Made by a program: the position numbers and the translations under genes | In this document: in pieces, positions 1 through 15,936 of the stretch | How the letters are laid out: the number at the start of each line of letters is the position of its first letter | Numbering within the stretch: the stretch's first letter is position 1 | Assembly (NCBI RefSeq): GCF_009914755.1 | Contig: NC_060933.1 | Strand: one strand, 5' to 3' | DNA length: 64,000 bases | DNA from: the human T2T-CHM13v2.0 reference genome, Homo sapiens | The notes under the pieces: model-generated | Database searches by the model: none | The model's input: the letters and a program-made list of their open reading frames with translations, nothing else | Told to the model about the DNA's origin: nothing

Positions 1-189
1 TTGCTCATCATTATGGTCCTCAACAGACAGCATGGCCATCATTAACCCTCGCTTAGGTTGATCATGTTCAGAGACACTTCTCAAGCCCCTACTTAGCCTT
101 AACCAAACTCTACTTCCTGACTTAACCTTCTTTCCTTTCCTTCCCTGCTCCACTTGGCTTCTCCAAAACTCATTCTTCTTGCAACTGAA

Positions 190-570
190 AGCTGCGTTTA
201 TTTTTTTCTGGCAGCCCCTTTCTCTCCTGGTTCTCTGCTGTGTCTCCTTCTTTCCCTTCTTGGAGTTCTTCAATGGCCACTATCTCTGTTATCTTCTTAC
301 ATGTTGGTAAATCCTAAAACTCCACCTCTACCTTCCTTTCTTACCAATCCTCACACTTCCCATGGGTAATCTCAGCCACCCCATGGGGTTTTAGCCACCC
401 AAATGCTAGCAACTCTTAAATCTCAGGCTCTAGCCCAGATGACTCTGCTGAACGAAAACCTGTATGTCTAACTGCTGCTGGGCATCTCCACCAGAATATC
501 TCCCAGGCATCTCTGATTCATCCTCTGAAAAATTTACTCTTTACCTTTCACCAAAATCTGTTCTTCTTTT
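190..570 (+). mobile_element. L2 LINE fragment
   Basis: Decayed L2 3' motifs (ccatggggtttt, ctctagcccagat, gcatctccaccagaatatctcccaggcatctc). Confidence 0.6.
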
Positions 571-774
571 TAATAACATCAAACTGTGTCATTGGGTATC
601 CTTCTTTCCCTTCCTGGGCTTCAGATTTTCCCATCTGTAAAATAAGGAAGTGGGAGTGATTTATTTCTAAAGCCCCTTTCTTTCAATTATGACATCTTGA
701 GATTTACCTTAAGATCCCAGGACTTTAAATGATGCTGTGTTCTATCAGCTTGGAAAGCAATATAATGACAAAAC

Positions 775-1000
775 AATACTAATAATAGCTGAACTTTATT
801 GAGAATTTACATGTGCTAGAAATGTTTGTAATCATTACCTATAGGTCATCTCCCTTAGGTGGTCCCACCACTATCATCTTCATTTTGAAGATAAAGAAAC
901 GAAGGCTAAGGGAGGTTAGGGGATCTGGCCAAAGACACACAGCTGGGAAGTGGCCACACTAAGAGTCAAACCTTCATGGTCTTACATTCCTGGGCTCTAG
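775..1000 (-). mobile_element. MIR SINE
   Basis: MIR core: cattttgaagataaagaaacgaaggct...ccaaagacacacagct. Confidence 0.7.
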
Positions 1001-1009
1001 ACCTGGGTA

Positions 1010-1168
1010 AGAGTCTTGAGTTTCTGTCTTGGCCCCAGATTTTGTTAACTCTGTGTCCTTGGGCAAATCTTTTGCTCTTTTATGGCTTCGTTTCTCTGTC
1101 TTTCAGAGTAATACTAGTAGCTAATATTAACTCTTGCAGACTTGCAAGATTAAATGAAATAACACGGT
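1010..1168 (+). mobile_element. MIR, 5' part (3' part resumes at about 4797-4860)
   Basis: tgtgtccttgggcaaat...gattaaatgaaataa; continues at about 4797 as gcatatgtgaagcactcagcccagtgcctggcaca. Confidence 0.6.
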
Positions 1169-1908
1169 GAGTTACAATCTAAGGATGTTTCTACCCATAT
1201 TCCTTTGTTCTCCATGGTGCTTAGCCCTTCTCACCCAGGCAGAAAGGTGGCTACTCTCCCAGGCATTCATTGCTGCAGGGAAGGGATACAAGCTAAGAAT
1301 TCAGAGAAAAGATTTGAAAGCTTAGACCTTATGGGAGCTAGGATATTAACACTGATTTGAGGAAAACAATGTGGAGTCAAAACAAGGCTTCCTGTCCCCC
1401 AAGCAGAAGAAAAGATTCCTCAGAAGCAAAGAGTAAGTAGATGTTGAGGCTTTCAGAGAAGGAGGTCCCATCCTCCCCAGCAGCACACATCTCTGTGTGT
1501 GGTAGATCGGAGGGAGGGTGACAGATGTTCTAGATAGACTCAGAAATCTGAAAGCAAAGGGGGCTTCTGTCCCCAACCACAGCTCAGAAATCTTCTCTGT
1601 AGAAGTAGCTGAGTCTCAGATCTAGGCAGAAGATCCTGAGACTACCTCCCAGCATTCGTGCTCCCCGGACAGTTCAGGCACTACAGAAAGATCCTGGGGG
1701 CCAGAGCAGTGGGGACACAACTGAGGGTGTTACAGGATGCCTTGCAATCAGGGTAAAGGAGAACCCAGCAGCAACCCACAGGACCCACGGGCTGAGAACC
1801 AGGATGTCCCAGCAGCTGGCACCATGGATAGATAACATACTTGACACTACATGCCATACTCTCTCCCAGTACCCAAATGCCTCAATTTCCTATAAGACCC
1901 CTGGAACT

Positions 1909-4632
1909 GGCCAGGATCACACCTGGGATTCCAGAACTTTGGGAGGCCAAGGTGGGAGGATCACTTGAGCCCAGGAGTTCAAGACCAGCCTGGGCAGCAA
2001 AGCAAGACCCCATCTCTACAAAAATAAAAATCAGCCAGTAATGTAGTTTGGATCTGTGTCCCCACCCAAATCTCATGTTGAATTGTAATCCCCAGTTTTG
2101 AAGGTAGATCCTGGCGGGAGATGGTTAGATCATGGGGGTGGAGTTCTCATGAATGGTTTAGTATCATCCCCCTTGGTACTGTATAGTGAGTGAATTCTCG
2201 CAAGATCTGCTTGTTTGAAAGTGTATAACATCTTCCCTCTCTCTCTCTTCCTTCTGCTCCAGCCATGTAAGATGTGCCTGATTCCCCTTTGCCTTCCACC
2301 ATGATTTTAAGTCTCCTGAGGCCTCCCCAGAAGCAGAAGCCACTATGCTGCTTGTACAGCCTTCAGAATCATGAACCTCTTTTTAATAAATTACTCAGTC
2401 TCAGGTATTTCTTTACAGCAGTATGAGAACAAACTAATACAGAAAATTGGTACTGAGGAGTGGGGCATTGCTATAAAGATACCTGAAAATGTGGAAGCAA
2501 CTTTGGAACTGGGTAACAGGCACAGATTAGAAGAGTGTAGAGGGCTCAGAAGAAGACAGGAAGATGAGGGAAATTTTGGAGCTTCCTAGAGACTTGTTAA
2601 ATGGTTGTGGCCAAAATGCTGATAGTAACAGGGACAGTGAAGGCCAGGCTGATGAGATCTCAGACGGAGATGAGGAACTTACTGGGAACTGGAGCAAACA
2701 TCACTTTTGTTACACTTTAGCAAAGAACTTTGAGGCATTGTGCCCCTGCCCAAGGAATCTGTGGAACTTTGAACCTGAGAGTGATGATTTAGGGTATCTG
2801 GTGGAAGAAATTTCTAAGCAGCAAATTGTTCAAGATTTGGCTGGCTGCCTCTAACAACCTATGCTTATGTGTGAGCAAATAAATGATCTGAAAATGGAAT
2901 TTATATTTAAAAGGGAAGCAGCGCATAAATGTTTGGAAAATTTGCAGCACAGCCATGTGGTAGAAAAGAAAAGCCCATTTTCAGGGGAGCAATTCAAGCA
3001 GGTTGCAGAAATTTGCATAACTAAAAGGAAAGCAAATGCTGATAGCCAAGACAATGGGAGAAAGTCCTCGGTGGCATTCCAGAGACTTTCATGGCAGCCC
3101 CTCCCATCACAAGCCCAGAGGCCTAGGAGGACTGAATGGCTTTGTGGGCCAGATTCAGAGCTCCACTGCCCTGTACAGCCTCAGGACACTTTTCCGCATC
3201 CTGGCCTCTCCACCTCCAGCTGTGGCTCAAATGAGCCAAGGTACACCTCGGACAACTGCTCCAGAGAGAGCAAGCTGTAAGCCTCTGCAGCTTCCACATG
3301 GTGTTAAGCCTGCAAGTGCACACAATGCAAGAGCTGAGGCTTGGGGTCCTCCACCTAGATTTCAGAGAAAGTATGGAAAAGCCTGGATGTCCAGGCAGAA
3401 GCCTGCTGCAGGGGAGGGTCCCTCATGGAGCACCTCTACTAGGGCAGTGTGAGTCGTAAATGTGGAATCAGAGCCTCCATACAGAGTTATTCTCACTGGG
3501 GCACTGCTTAGTGGAGCTGTGAGAAGACAGCCATCATCCTCCAGACCCCAGAATAGTAGATCTACCAACAGCTTTCACCCTGCACCTGGAAAAGCCACAG
3601 GCACTCAGTGCCAGCCTTTGGAAGCAGTAGCAGGGACTGAACCCTGAAAAGCCACAGGGACAGGGCTGCCCAAGGCCTTGGGAGCCCACCCCTCACACCA
3701 GTGTGTCCTGGATGTGGGACATAGAGTCAAATGAGATTGTTTTGGAACTTTAAGGTTTAATGAATGTCCTACTGGGTCTTAGACTTGCATGGAGCCTTAG
3801 GCCCTTTCTTCTGGCTGATTTCTCCCTTTTGGAATGGAAGTATAATATGCCTATAACCCCATTGTATCTTGGAAGTAACTAATTTGTTTTCACTTTTACA
3901 GGCTCATAGGTGAAAGTGACTAGCCTTGTCTCAAAGAGACTTGGGACTTTGGACTTTTGAGTAATGCTAGAATGAGTTAAGACTTTGGAGGACTGTTGGG
4001 AAGGTATGATTGTATTTTGAAATGTGAGAAGGACATGAGATTTGGGAGGGATCAGGGGTGGAATAAGATGATTTGAACGTGTGTCCCTACCCAAACCTCA
4101 TGTTGAATTTGGAGGTGGGCCTGATGGGAAGTGATTGGATCATGGGGGAAGAGTTTATACAAATGGTTTAGTATCATACCCCTTGGTACTGTATAGTGAG
4201 TGAGTTCTCACTAGATCTGATTGTTTTAAAGTGTGTGGCATCTTTCCCCTCTCTATCTTTCTCCTGCTCTGGTCACGTAAGATGATCTTGCTTCACCTTT
4301 GCCTTCTGCCATGATTGAAAGTTTCCTGAGGCCTTCCCAGTAGCAGAAGCTGCCATTCTTCCCTGTACAGCCTGCAGAACATGAGCCAATTAGACCTCTT
4401 TTATTTATAAATTACTCAGTCTCAGGTGTTTCTTTATAGTAGTGCAAAAATGGACTAATACAGCTGGGCACGGAGGTGCATGTTTATAGTCCCAGCTACT
4501 CGGGAGGCTGAGACAAGAGGATCGCTTGAATCCTAGAGTTCTAGGCTGTAATCAACTATGATCATGCCACTGCACCAGCCTGGACCACAGAGTGAGACCC
4601 TGTCTCTAAAACATTTAAATTTACATTTTAAA
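1909..4632 (+). mobile_element. AluJ split by MSTA provirus (Alu parts 1909-2038 and 4463-4632)
   Basis: Left arm with J-type ggatcacttgagcccaggagttc; right arm resumes at 4463; TSD aagacccctggaact (1894-1908) / aagatccatggaact (4633-4647). Confidence 0.9.
2039..4462 (+). mobile_element. Full-length MSTA-type ERVL-MaLR provirus (LTR 2039-2441, internal 2442-4063, LTR 4064-4462)
   Basis: Two LTRs ending ctaataca; internal part starts gaaaattggtactgaggagtggggcattgc; polypurine tract before 3' LTR; 5-bp TSD gccag/gctgg. Confidence 0.92.
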
Positions 4633-5242
4633 AAGATCCATGGAACTTAGACATATTCTGAGGCAAGGTAGGACCCAAATGAACTGAGATTAGGTTTCTC
4701 CTATTTAGCAAACTGGGGGCTCAAAATGATAAGGAAAAGGAAAGGGAGTTTTATTTTAGTTCTTGTTCATCTGGGTTTATAGACTGAAACCACAGCTATT
4801 GCATATGTGAAGCACTCAGCCCAGTGCCTGGCACAAAGTGGACACTTGATGAATGAGAACTGGTTCTCTTACCACCTCCTGGAAGAACCTCCTCTCCACA
4901 TAGGCTCTCTCCTGTCCCAGCCCTTCATGTCCAGTTGATATCTGTGCTCCCTAGGAGAGAAACAAAATGGGGAGATGAAGTAGATTTGCTCACTACTCTT
5001 TGCACCCACCATGATCTTTTATCTAACTCCAGGTGAAGAAATCACTTTCCTCTCCTCCTGACTGCAAATGTTTATTGATACTACTGTGAAAATTAAATGC
5101 TTTGCTGAAGATTACTCTTTAACCCTGGAATTCAAGTTGGTATGTGTCTGCTTGTTCATTAGTTAATTAGTTAATCAGTTTGTTTATTTAGTAACAGCCA
5201 GATTCTATGAAACAACAATGAGAAGGAAAATCCTTTACATTC

Positions 5243-5396
5243 ACACTTCTCAAGCATTAATGTGCCCACACATCATCTGTGGATCTTGTTAAAACAGAGA
5301 TTCTGATCCAAAGTATGGAAAAAGGGCCTGAGTTCTACATATCTAATACACTCCCAGGTGATACTAATCTTGCTGACCCATGGACCACATCTAGAG
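5243..5396. mobile_element. MER5A (hAT-Charlie MITE)
   Basis: ttctcaa...gatcttgttaaaacagagattctgat...gggcctgag...ctcccaggtgatactaat...ggaccaca. Confidence 0.8.
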
Positions 5397-5399
5397 GAT

Positions 5400-5610
5400 C
5401 TAGAGTCAGACACACTAGGTTCAAATCCCAACTCTGTAGCTGTGTGACTTTAAGCAACTTAAATAACCTCTCTGAGCCTTCATGTCATCTTTTATTAAGT
5501 GGGACTATATATAACTTCTTACTGGAAAGTTTGTATAGGTGAAGATTAAAGATAATTCAACAGAGCCCTTGCATGTCTTGGCCATTCTGCAAGTAGCAGT
5601 GTAAATTATT
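5400..5610 (+). mobile_element. MIR
   Basis: gagtcagacacactaggttcaaatccc...tgtgtgactttaagcaacttaaataacctctctgagcct. Confidence 0.75.
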
Positions 5611-5828
5611 AGGATAGTGTGGCCCCATTTATGCTAAATGTGGGGTTGCACCTTTCTACTACAGCCTTAGGATCCCTCTTGTCCTGACATTCTGCTATTC
5701 TGGGAGGACCGAATAGCTCTGGAATGAATAAAACTGTCACTGCCTATATGGAAGGGCAGCATCTTGTCTCTACTATCAGAGTGTGGTCATCATTTCAGAC
5801 CAGCTATGAGGCATCCTGCTCTTGAGAT

Positions 5829-6104
5829 GGGCTGAGAATCAGGATGTCCCAGCAGCCGGCAGCATGGATAGATGATGACATACCTGGTACTAAATGCCCA
5901 CCTAGTCCCCAAATGTCTCGATGTCCTGTAAGACCCCTGGAACTGGCTGAGCATAGTGATTCACACCTGGATCCCAGCACTTTCGGAGACCAAGGTGGGA
6001 GGATCACCTGAGCTCAGGAGTTCGAGGGCAACCTGGGCAACACAGTGAGATCCCATCTCTACAAAAATAAAAATTAGCTAGGACATAATGGTGCATGCCT
6101 GTAG
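5829..6104 (+). repeat. Diverged local duplicate of 1789-2038 + 4463-about 4490 (flank plus partial AluJ, no MSTA)
   Basis: Shares unique flank gggctgagaaYcaggatgtcccagcagcYggca...taagacccctggaactgg and the same Alu 5' junction. Confidence 0.9.
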
Positions 6105-6944
6105 ATCCTGCCCATTGCCGAGGCTGCAGCCTCTTTCCACTCCCCTCTTCAGGGATATTGATCCCCAGCCAGCTGTAGATGCATCTTTATTATTTGTGTG
6201 CCATAATCAGCACAGATATTAGGGCAATTCCCTGGCCTGGATCTATTTGTTCCCCCATGCTAGCCTGAATCTCTCTCTGAGGTCCCCAGAGTCAGTGACA
6301 GCTGTGCGGGACCCAACTATGGAAATAAAATTTCAGTTACATCTACTGGAAATTAGATTAGATTTTATTACTGGAAGGAAAAAGGAAAGATGACAACAAC
6401 CAAAGGCTCAGAGAGAAAAGACATGTGTACATCAACACACAAATATGAAATGAAAAGCCATTTTGCAGCCTCACTCACCAACCCAAAGGAGCCAAAGAGC
6501 ATCTGTCCTGCTTGGGGCGCTAGGAGGCTGCCTCAGCTCCAGCAATGGCCGTGTTGAAATGGAGGTGGCTCTCACCTCTGAGAAGCAAGGCAAGGCTCTG
6601 AAAATACAGTGGTCCTCAAGGCGACAATCAGGGCTCACTCAGATCCAAGTTCTCCCACTCCTGAGCTGCATGGACTTGAGGACAGGACTTCCCCACTACT
6701 GTGAGTCTTCGTACTGTCACCTGCATTATGGGATGATGCTAATATCAGTACATAGTTCGGAGGAGAGTGAGATGAAACAGTAAGTGATGTTCCATACATT
6801 CCCCCAAAGAGGCATAAACTGGGTGATCAGAATAAGAAATACACAACTCATGCTAAGAACTGTGTTTTATATCATAGCCCTGTACATGTACATGTATACA
6901 TAAATAGACAAAAACATTAAGTATTATGAAATAAGTTGTGTCAA

Positions 6945-7170
6945 TAATTGCAAACACATGTAGCATTTCCTATGTTCTAGGCTCTATTCTAAACCCTTAA
7001 TAAATATTAATTCATCCCTATGAAGTAACTACTATTATTATGCCCATTTTATAGGTAAAGGAAGTAAGACTCAAATTCCCTTGAGTAACTTGCCTATGGT
7101 CCCACAGCCAGAAAATGGCGAGGCCAGGATTCAAAACCAACTAGTCGGCCTCATCCACTGTGCTACCACA
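6945..7170 (-). mobile_element. MIR
   Basis: cccattttataggtaaaggaa...gtaacttgcctatggtcccacagc...ggattcaaa. Confidence 0.7.
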
Positions 7171-7294
7171 TCTGGTAATTCCTCTTCTATTCTAGTCAGA
7201 GGTCCCCTCCACTGATTTCATGGCCACTAAAAAAATCCCAATCTGAAATTTGAAAAATGCAGCTCTAATATATCCTCTAACTTTGGAAATTCTT

Positions 7295-10990
<3,696 letters not shown>

Positions 10991-11046
10991 CACTATATGT
11001 GGGATGATAAGGATGTATTAGAAACAAGTGCATTTCAAAAAACTGT

Positions 11047-11414
11047 TGATACGGTTTGGCTGTGTCCCCACTCAAAACTCATCTTGCACTGAAGTTTCCA
11101 TAACCCCCATACGTCATGGGAGGGATCTGGTGGGAGGTAATTGAATCATGGCAGTGGTTACCCCCATGCTGTTCTCGTGATAGTGAGTGAGTTCTCATGA
11201 GATCTGATGGTTTATAAGGAGCTTTTCCCCCTTTGCACAGCACTTCTCTCTGCTGCCATGTGAAGAAGGATATGTTTGCTTCCCTTTCCATCATGATTGT
11301 CCGTTTCCTGAGGCCTCTTCAGCCATGCAGAACTGTGAGTCAATTAAACCTGTTTTTTTAATAAATTACCCAGTCTCAGGTATGTTTTCATAGAAGCATG
11401 AACAAACAAATACA
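11047..11414 (+). mobile_element. THE1D-like solo LTR
   Basis: tgatacggtttggctgtgtcccc...aataca; TSD actgt/actgt. Confidence 0.9.
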
Positions 11415-11616
11415 ACTGTTTTTAGTGATAATAATGAAAGCCCCTATGTGTCAGGATAGAGTTGACTGTTTCCATTCATCAAATTATAGAATCCTCACAG
11501 TGACCTGTGAGAGAGGAATTTGAATCCCCTTATCACCAATGCAAGGCTTAGAGAAATGTAGTGACTTCCCCAGGCTCACAGTGACAGCAAATGGTTGCGC
11601 TAATATTCAAGCCCAG

Positions 11617-11918
11617 GGCTGGGTGTGGCAGCTCACACCTGTAATCCCAGTACTTTGGGAGGCCAAGGTGGGTGAATCACTTGAGCTCAGGAGTTCAAGG
11701 TCAGCTTGGGCAACATAGCAAAACCCCATCTCTAAAAGGATTATAAAAATTAGCCAGGCATGGTGAAGCATGCCTGTAGTCCCAGCTACTTGGAGTCTGT
11801 TGTGGGAGGATCGCTTGAGCCCAGAGGCTTGAGGCTGCAGTGAGCGATGATTGCACCACTGCACTCAAGCCTCTGTAACAAAATGAGACTCTGTCTCAAA
11901 AAATATAAATACATAAAT
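11617..11918 (+). mobile_element. AluJ within a MIR
   Basis: Full dimer with J diagnostics (ggatcgcttgagccc, gaggctgcagtgagc-atgattgcacc). Confidence 0.9.
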
Positions 11919-12184
11919 ATTAATCAAACTCAGAACTATTAGTTCCAACATGCTTGAACTCTCAAATTTCCTCAGCTTAGTAGATATGAGTCCTATAACC
12001 CTCCTTGTTAGAGGACAGTCTTCTCATCCTTGGAGCCTGAAGGGCAAAGATTCCATCTTTCACATCAAAGACCTGGCCTTGAGTGGCCCTGGCTCTACCA
12101 CTCTCTGATGGAGTAACTGGACAAGTCACTGAAATTTTCTGAGCCAATGTCCTTAGCTACAAATCAGGCATCATAATAAAAGCC

Positions 12185-12290
12185 ACACATAAGTTTCCCC
12201 AGGGCAAAGGGGTTTCCCAGGATATAGAACTTTCAGTGCTAAATGCCAAAGTCCCAGGCAAACCTGGTCAAGTTTTGTTTGTCACCAGAT
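12185..12290. mobile_element. MER94-like hAT-Blackjack MITE
   Basis: ggggtttcccaggatatagaactttcagtgctaaa...aaagtcccaggcaaacc...gtcacc. Confidence 0.7.
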
Positions 12291-12304
12291 ATGATGGTTA
12301 ATAC

Positions 12305-12520
12305 AACCATTCATTCCATTGTTCTTTCTTTCAACAAATATTGATTGAGTGTCCATTGTATGCCAGGCAGTGTTCTTGATGCTGGAGATATAGGGAAAAA
12401 AAAGAAAAAAAAATTGGCCTTCATGGAGCTTATATCCTAGCTAGGGCAGAACAGCACAAATAAAGAAGTAAGACATTTAGTATGTCAAGTAATGATAAAT
12501 ACAATGAAGAAAAAAAGAAG
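12305..12520 (-). mobile_element. L2 3' end
   Basis: ttcaacaaatattgattgagt...tatgccaggca...catggagcttatatcctag. Confidence 0.75.
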
Positions 12521-12524
12521 CAAC

Positions 12525-12970
12525 AAATTATTCAAATAGCCCCAAACTGGAAGTCACCCAAAGTATCCATCAGCAGAACAGTGAATAAACTGAGATCTAT
12601 TCATGCAATGGATTAGTGCAATGCAACAAAAACAATGAATTACTGATACACAAAATGTGGATGAATCTCAGACATTATGCAGAGAAAAACAAAACAGTAC
12701 ATGCTGGAAGCATCCATTTATATGAAGTTCAAAAACAGGCAAAACTAAGAGATGGTGATTATAGTCAGAAGAGTAATTACCTGAGGGTGATGCTAACTGG
12801 AAAGGGCCTAAGGAAACTTTTGGGGCACTGCAAATATTCAATGTCTTGGCCTGGATGGTGATCAGATGGAGAACACATAGGTAAACATTCACTGAAGTGG
12901 ATACTTGACACAGACCCAATAAGTGCACTTTATTGTGCGTAAGCTGTACCTCAATTATGAAAAAAAAATC
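12525..12970 (+). mobile_element. Old L1M (L1MD/ME-type) 3' fragment
   Basis: aatagccccaaactggaa...tggatgaatctcagacattatgc...ccatttatatgaagttcaaaaacaggcaaaacta. Confidence 0.75.
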
Positions 12971-13964
12971 TTAAATAGATAAATAAATCAACAAAGGTGA
13001 AACGGAGGCATGGAAGAGGTAGAATTAGGTTGGCATAGTTCATAGCGTGGAAGAAGAATTCACTACATGTTAGGTACATTTTATTATTATCTGGTGACTG
13101 TGAGGAGCCTATGGCCTAAGCTTCAAAGAGCAGAAGCCCCTCTGTTGGCTCTTTGGGTTTCCCTCAGCTAAGCTCAGGACCCTGGTACATCTCCAGGAGC
13201 CTCTTTGGGAAGGCTGTACTTTAAATGCCTTAACACTGGTTTCTAAACCCAGCTCATCAACAGGACTGGAAGGTTTCTGGCAGGACCATACTGGTTTGCT
13301 CTGCACAGTACATCCTAATCCCATGCCCCTGAGACTGTAGTGACAAAGATTTCTAACATTTTCCTATGCAATGGGATTGAATTATCCCAGGGATAATGGA
13401 AAGGTATTTTTCATCTTTAGGGTGTTAATGAATATAAATGGGATTTACAGCCTATTTCTCTGCTTTTTTTTCCCTCTGGGAAGTGAGATCATAGAAAACT
13501 TACAGTAGCAAAAGGAGAGTGAGAGACCCTTCATTCAACCCTCCCACCCAGAACACCCCCAAGAATGAGAAAGACTTCAAGAACCCCAATGCCTTCCCCT
13601 CCTTCCCAAATGGTCAAAAACTCCTCCAAGTAAAAAGTAATTGATCGATCATGTTACAAGTATTTTTAGCTACAAGGAATTGCTAACCAGCAAACTTTGA
13701 GTGAACCAGGACCCAGGGAAGTCAAGATGTAAACCTCTTTTCTAGATGGAATACTCTCTCTGCTCATGGCTTTCTTCTGGGAAGTAGGGAAGGTGTTGTC
13801 TTGGTCCATATTAGTCCACATCTCTTAGGGAATAATTCTGTCATCTCCCCACCTCTAATGCTCTATTCTATGCTGGAATAATTATAGGACGCAGAAAGGT
13901 CTTCTTCCCCTCTGGTCATTCATATGTTATTCTTTGTGCCTAGAATATGTCTCTCTTCTCTTAG

Positions 13965-14712
13965 CCAGGGAGAGTTGGGATTGGCTATAAAAGGGGTCAT
14001 CAGGGACAAAGACAAAATGGCATATATACACAATGGAGTACTATTCAGCCTTTAAAAAGAAGAAAATCCTGTCATAAGCGACAACATGGATGAACCTGCT
14101 AAGTGACATAAGCCAGGCACAGAAAGATGAATACCACATGGCCTCACTTACACTCACAATCTAAAAAAGTCAGACTCATAGAAGCAGAGAGTAGGATCAT
14201 GGTCACAGAGGCTGGGGGGTGTAGGGATTGGGAAGATGTTAGTCAAAGGGTACAAAGTTTCATTTAGATGGAGGAATAAATTCAAGAGATCTCTGTACAA
14301 CGTGGTGACTACAGTTAATAACAATGTATTGTATATTGAAAATTGCTAAGATAATAGATTTTAAGCATTCTCATCATAGAAAATTATAAATATCAGAGGT
14401 AATGCATATTATAATTAGCTTGATTTGGCCATTCCACAATGTATACCTGTATCAAAACATCATGTTAAGCACCGTATTTGTCAATGACAATAAATTTAAA
14501 AGAGGCATCAGGAAGGATCCCTTTGGAGATGGAACTGTTCTACATCTGACTATACAAAAGTCAATATTCTACTTGTGATCTTTTCCTAATGTATTACAAA
14601 ATGGTACCATTGGGGGAACCTGGGTAAAGAATGCACAGGATCTCTCTGTATTATTTCTTATAACTTTATGTGAATCTATAATGATCTCAAATTGAGACCT
14701 TTAATTTAAAAG
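13965..14712 (+). mobile_element. L1MC-type 3' end interrupted by an L1MA-type 3' fragment (about 14010-14495)
   Basis: L1MA 3'UTR flanked by taaaaggggtcatcaggga / taaaagaggcatcaggaa; L1MC tail ccattgggggaacctgggtaaag...gatctctctgtattatttctta. Confidence 0.75.
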
Positions 14713-14764
14713 AAAAATCTCCTTGGACAGTCTAACATGCAATCAGAGTTCAGAATGATTACTA

Positions 14765-15377
14765 CAGCTCAACACTAGCCAAGAGAAATTTCTGTGGTGA
14801 TGGAACTGTTTTCTATCTTCTTTATAATACAGTAACCACTGGCTGCGTGCAGCTATTGAGCTCTTGAAAGATAACTGGTAGGATTGAGGACCTAAATTTT
14901 TAATGCTGATTAATTTAAATTTAAATAGCCACATATGGTATATTAGTTTTCCAGGGCTGCCTTAACAAAGTACCACTCACTAGATGGCTGACAGAACAGA
15001 AATGTATTGTCTCCTAGTTCTGGAGGCTTGAAGTTCAAGATCAAAGTGTTGGTAGGGCATCTTTCTTCTGAATTCTGTGAGAGACAGTCTGTTCCATGCC
15101 TCTCACCTAACTTCTGGTGAGTTGCTGGCAATCTTCAGCATTCCTTGGCTTGTTGAAACATTACCCTGATCTCTGTCTTCATCTTCACATGATGTTCTAT
15201 GTGTGTGTCTGTCTCCAAATTTCCCCATTTTATAAGGATACGAGTCCTATGGGACTGCAAATAAAGACATACTCTGAGGAAGTGGAGGTTAGGACTTCAA
15301 CATATGGATTTTGGGAGAAGAGAATTCAACGTGTAACTTGTGTCTTGTGGCTACCATATTGGACAGTGCAGGTCTAG
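14765..15377. mobile_element. MER3 (hAT-Charlie) interrupted by MLT1C-like LTR (14939-15338, minus strand)
   Basis: MER3 ttaatttaaatttaaatagccacatatgg | LTR | tgtgtcttgtggctaccatattggacagtgcag; TSD tatgg/tgtgt. Confidence 0.8.
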
Positions 15378-15936
15378 CTGATCCCCTTCCTCAGTTCTGG
15401 TGCCTTAACTACAGACAGGCCACCCTGATAACAACTCCTAGCTACCTTCAATCACTGTCCCTTGTTTCAGCAAGTATTTATTGAACAATTACTATGAGTC
15501 AGACACAGTGCTAGGATCTGAGAAAGAGTAAATGTAACACAACCCTGCTCTCTCAAAACCTGCAGCCTCCTGGCGTACACCAGACAAGAAGTCAACCTTC
15601 CTTATGTCAAGTTACACATAGTTAATTAATGAATCTGCACAACCCACTAGAGTAAACAGAAGAGGCTACTTGTGGCTGAAGGAAGTAGATGGACCCAGGG
15701 CCCACCTGGCCACTCCAAGGGCTAAGGAACCCAGTATCTCAGCCTCCTGTTATCCATTCAGAGCCTGCTGGTTGACATGCTCTAAGGGAGCCAGTCAATT
15801 GCTACAAAGTGAGAGCAGTGCTGGGTTGCAGGGGTGTCAGAGAAGCCCAGGAAACTGAAAGAGGACAGAAGAGGAGCCCCACCTTAGCTTTCACAGGAGA
15901 CTCAAAGTCTTTACTGGATGGAGGAGAAGGGATTTA

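Noticed and set aside
2371-3647. Cluster of 70-139 aa ORFs (similar ones at 19300-20582)
   Set aside because: Decayed MaLR internal ORF remnants, frameshifted and interrupted.
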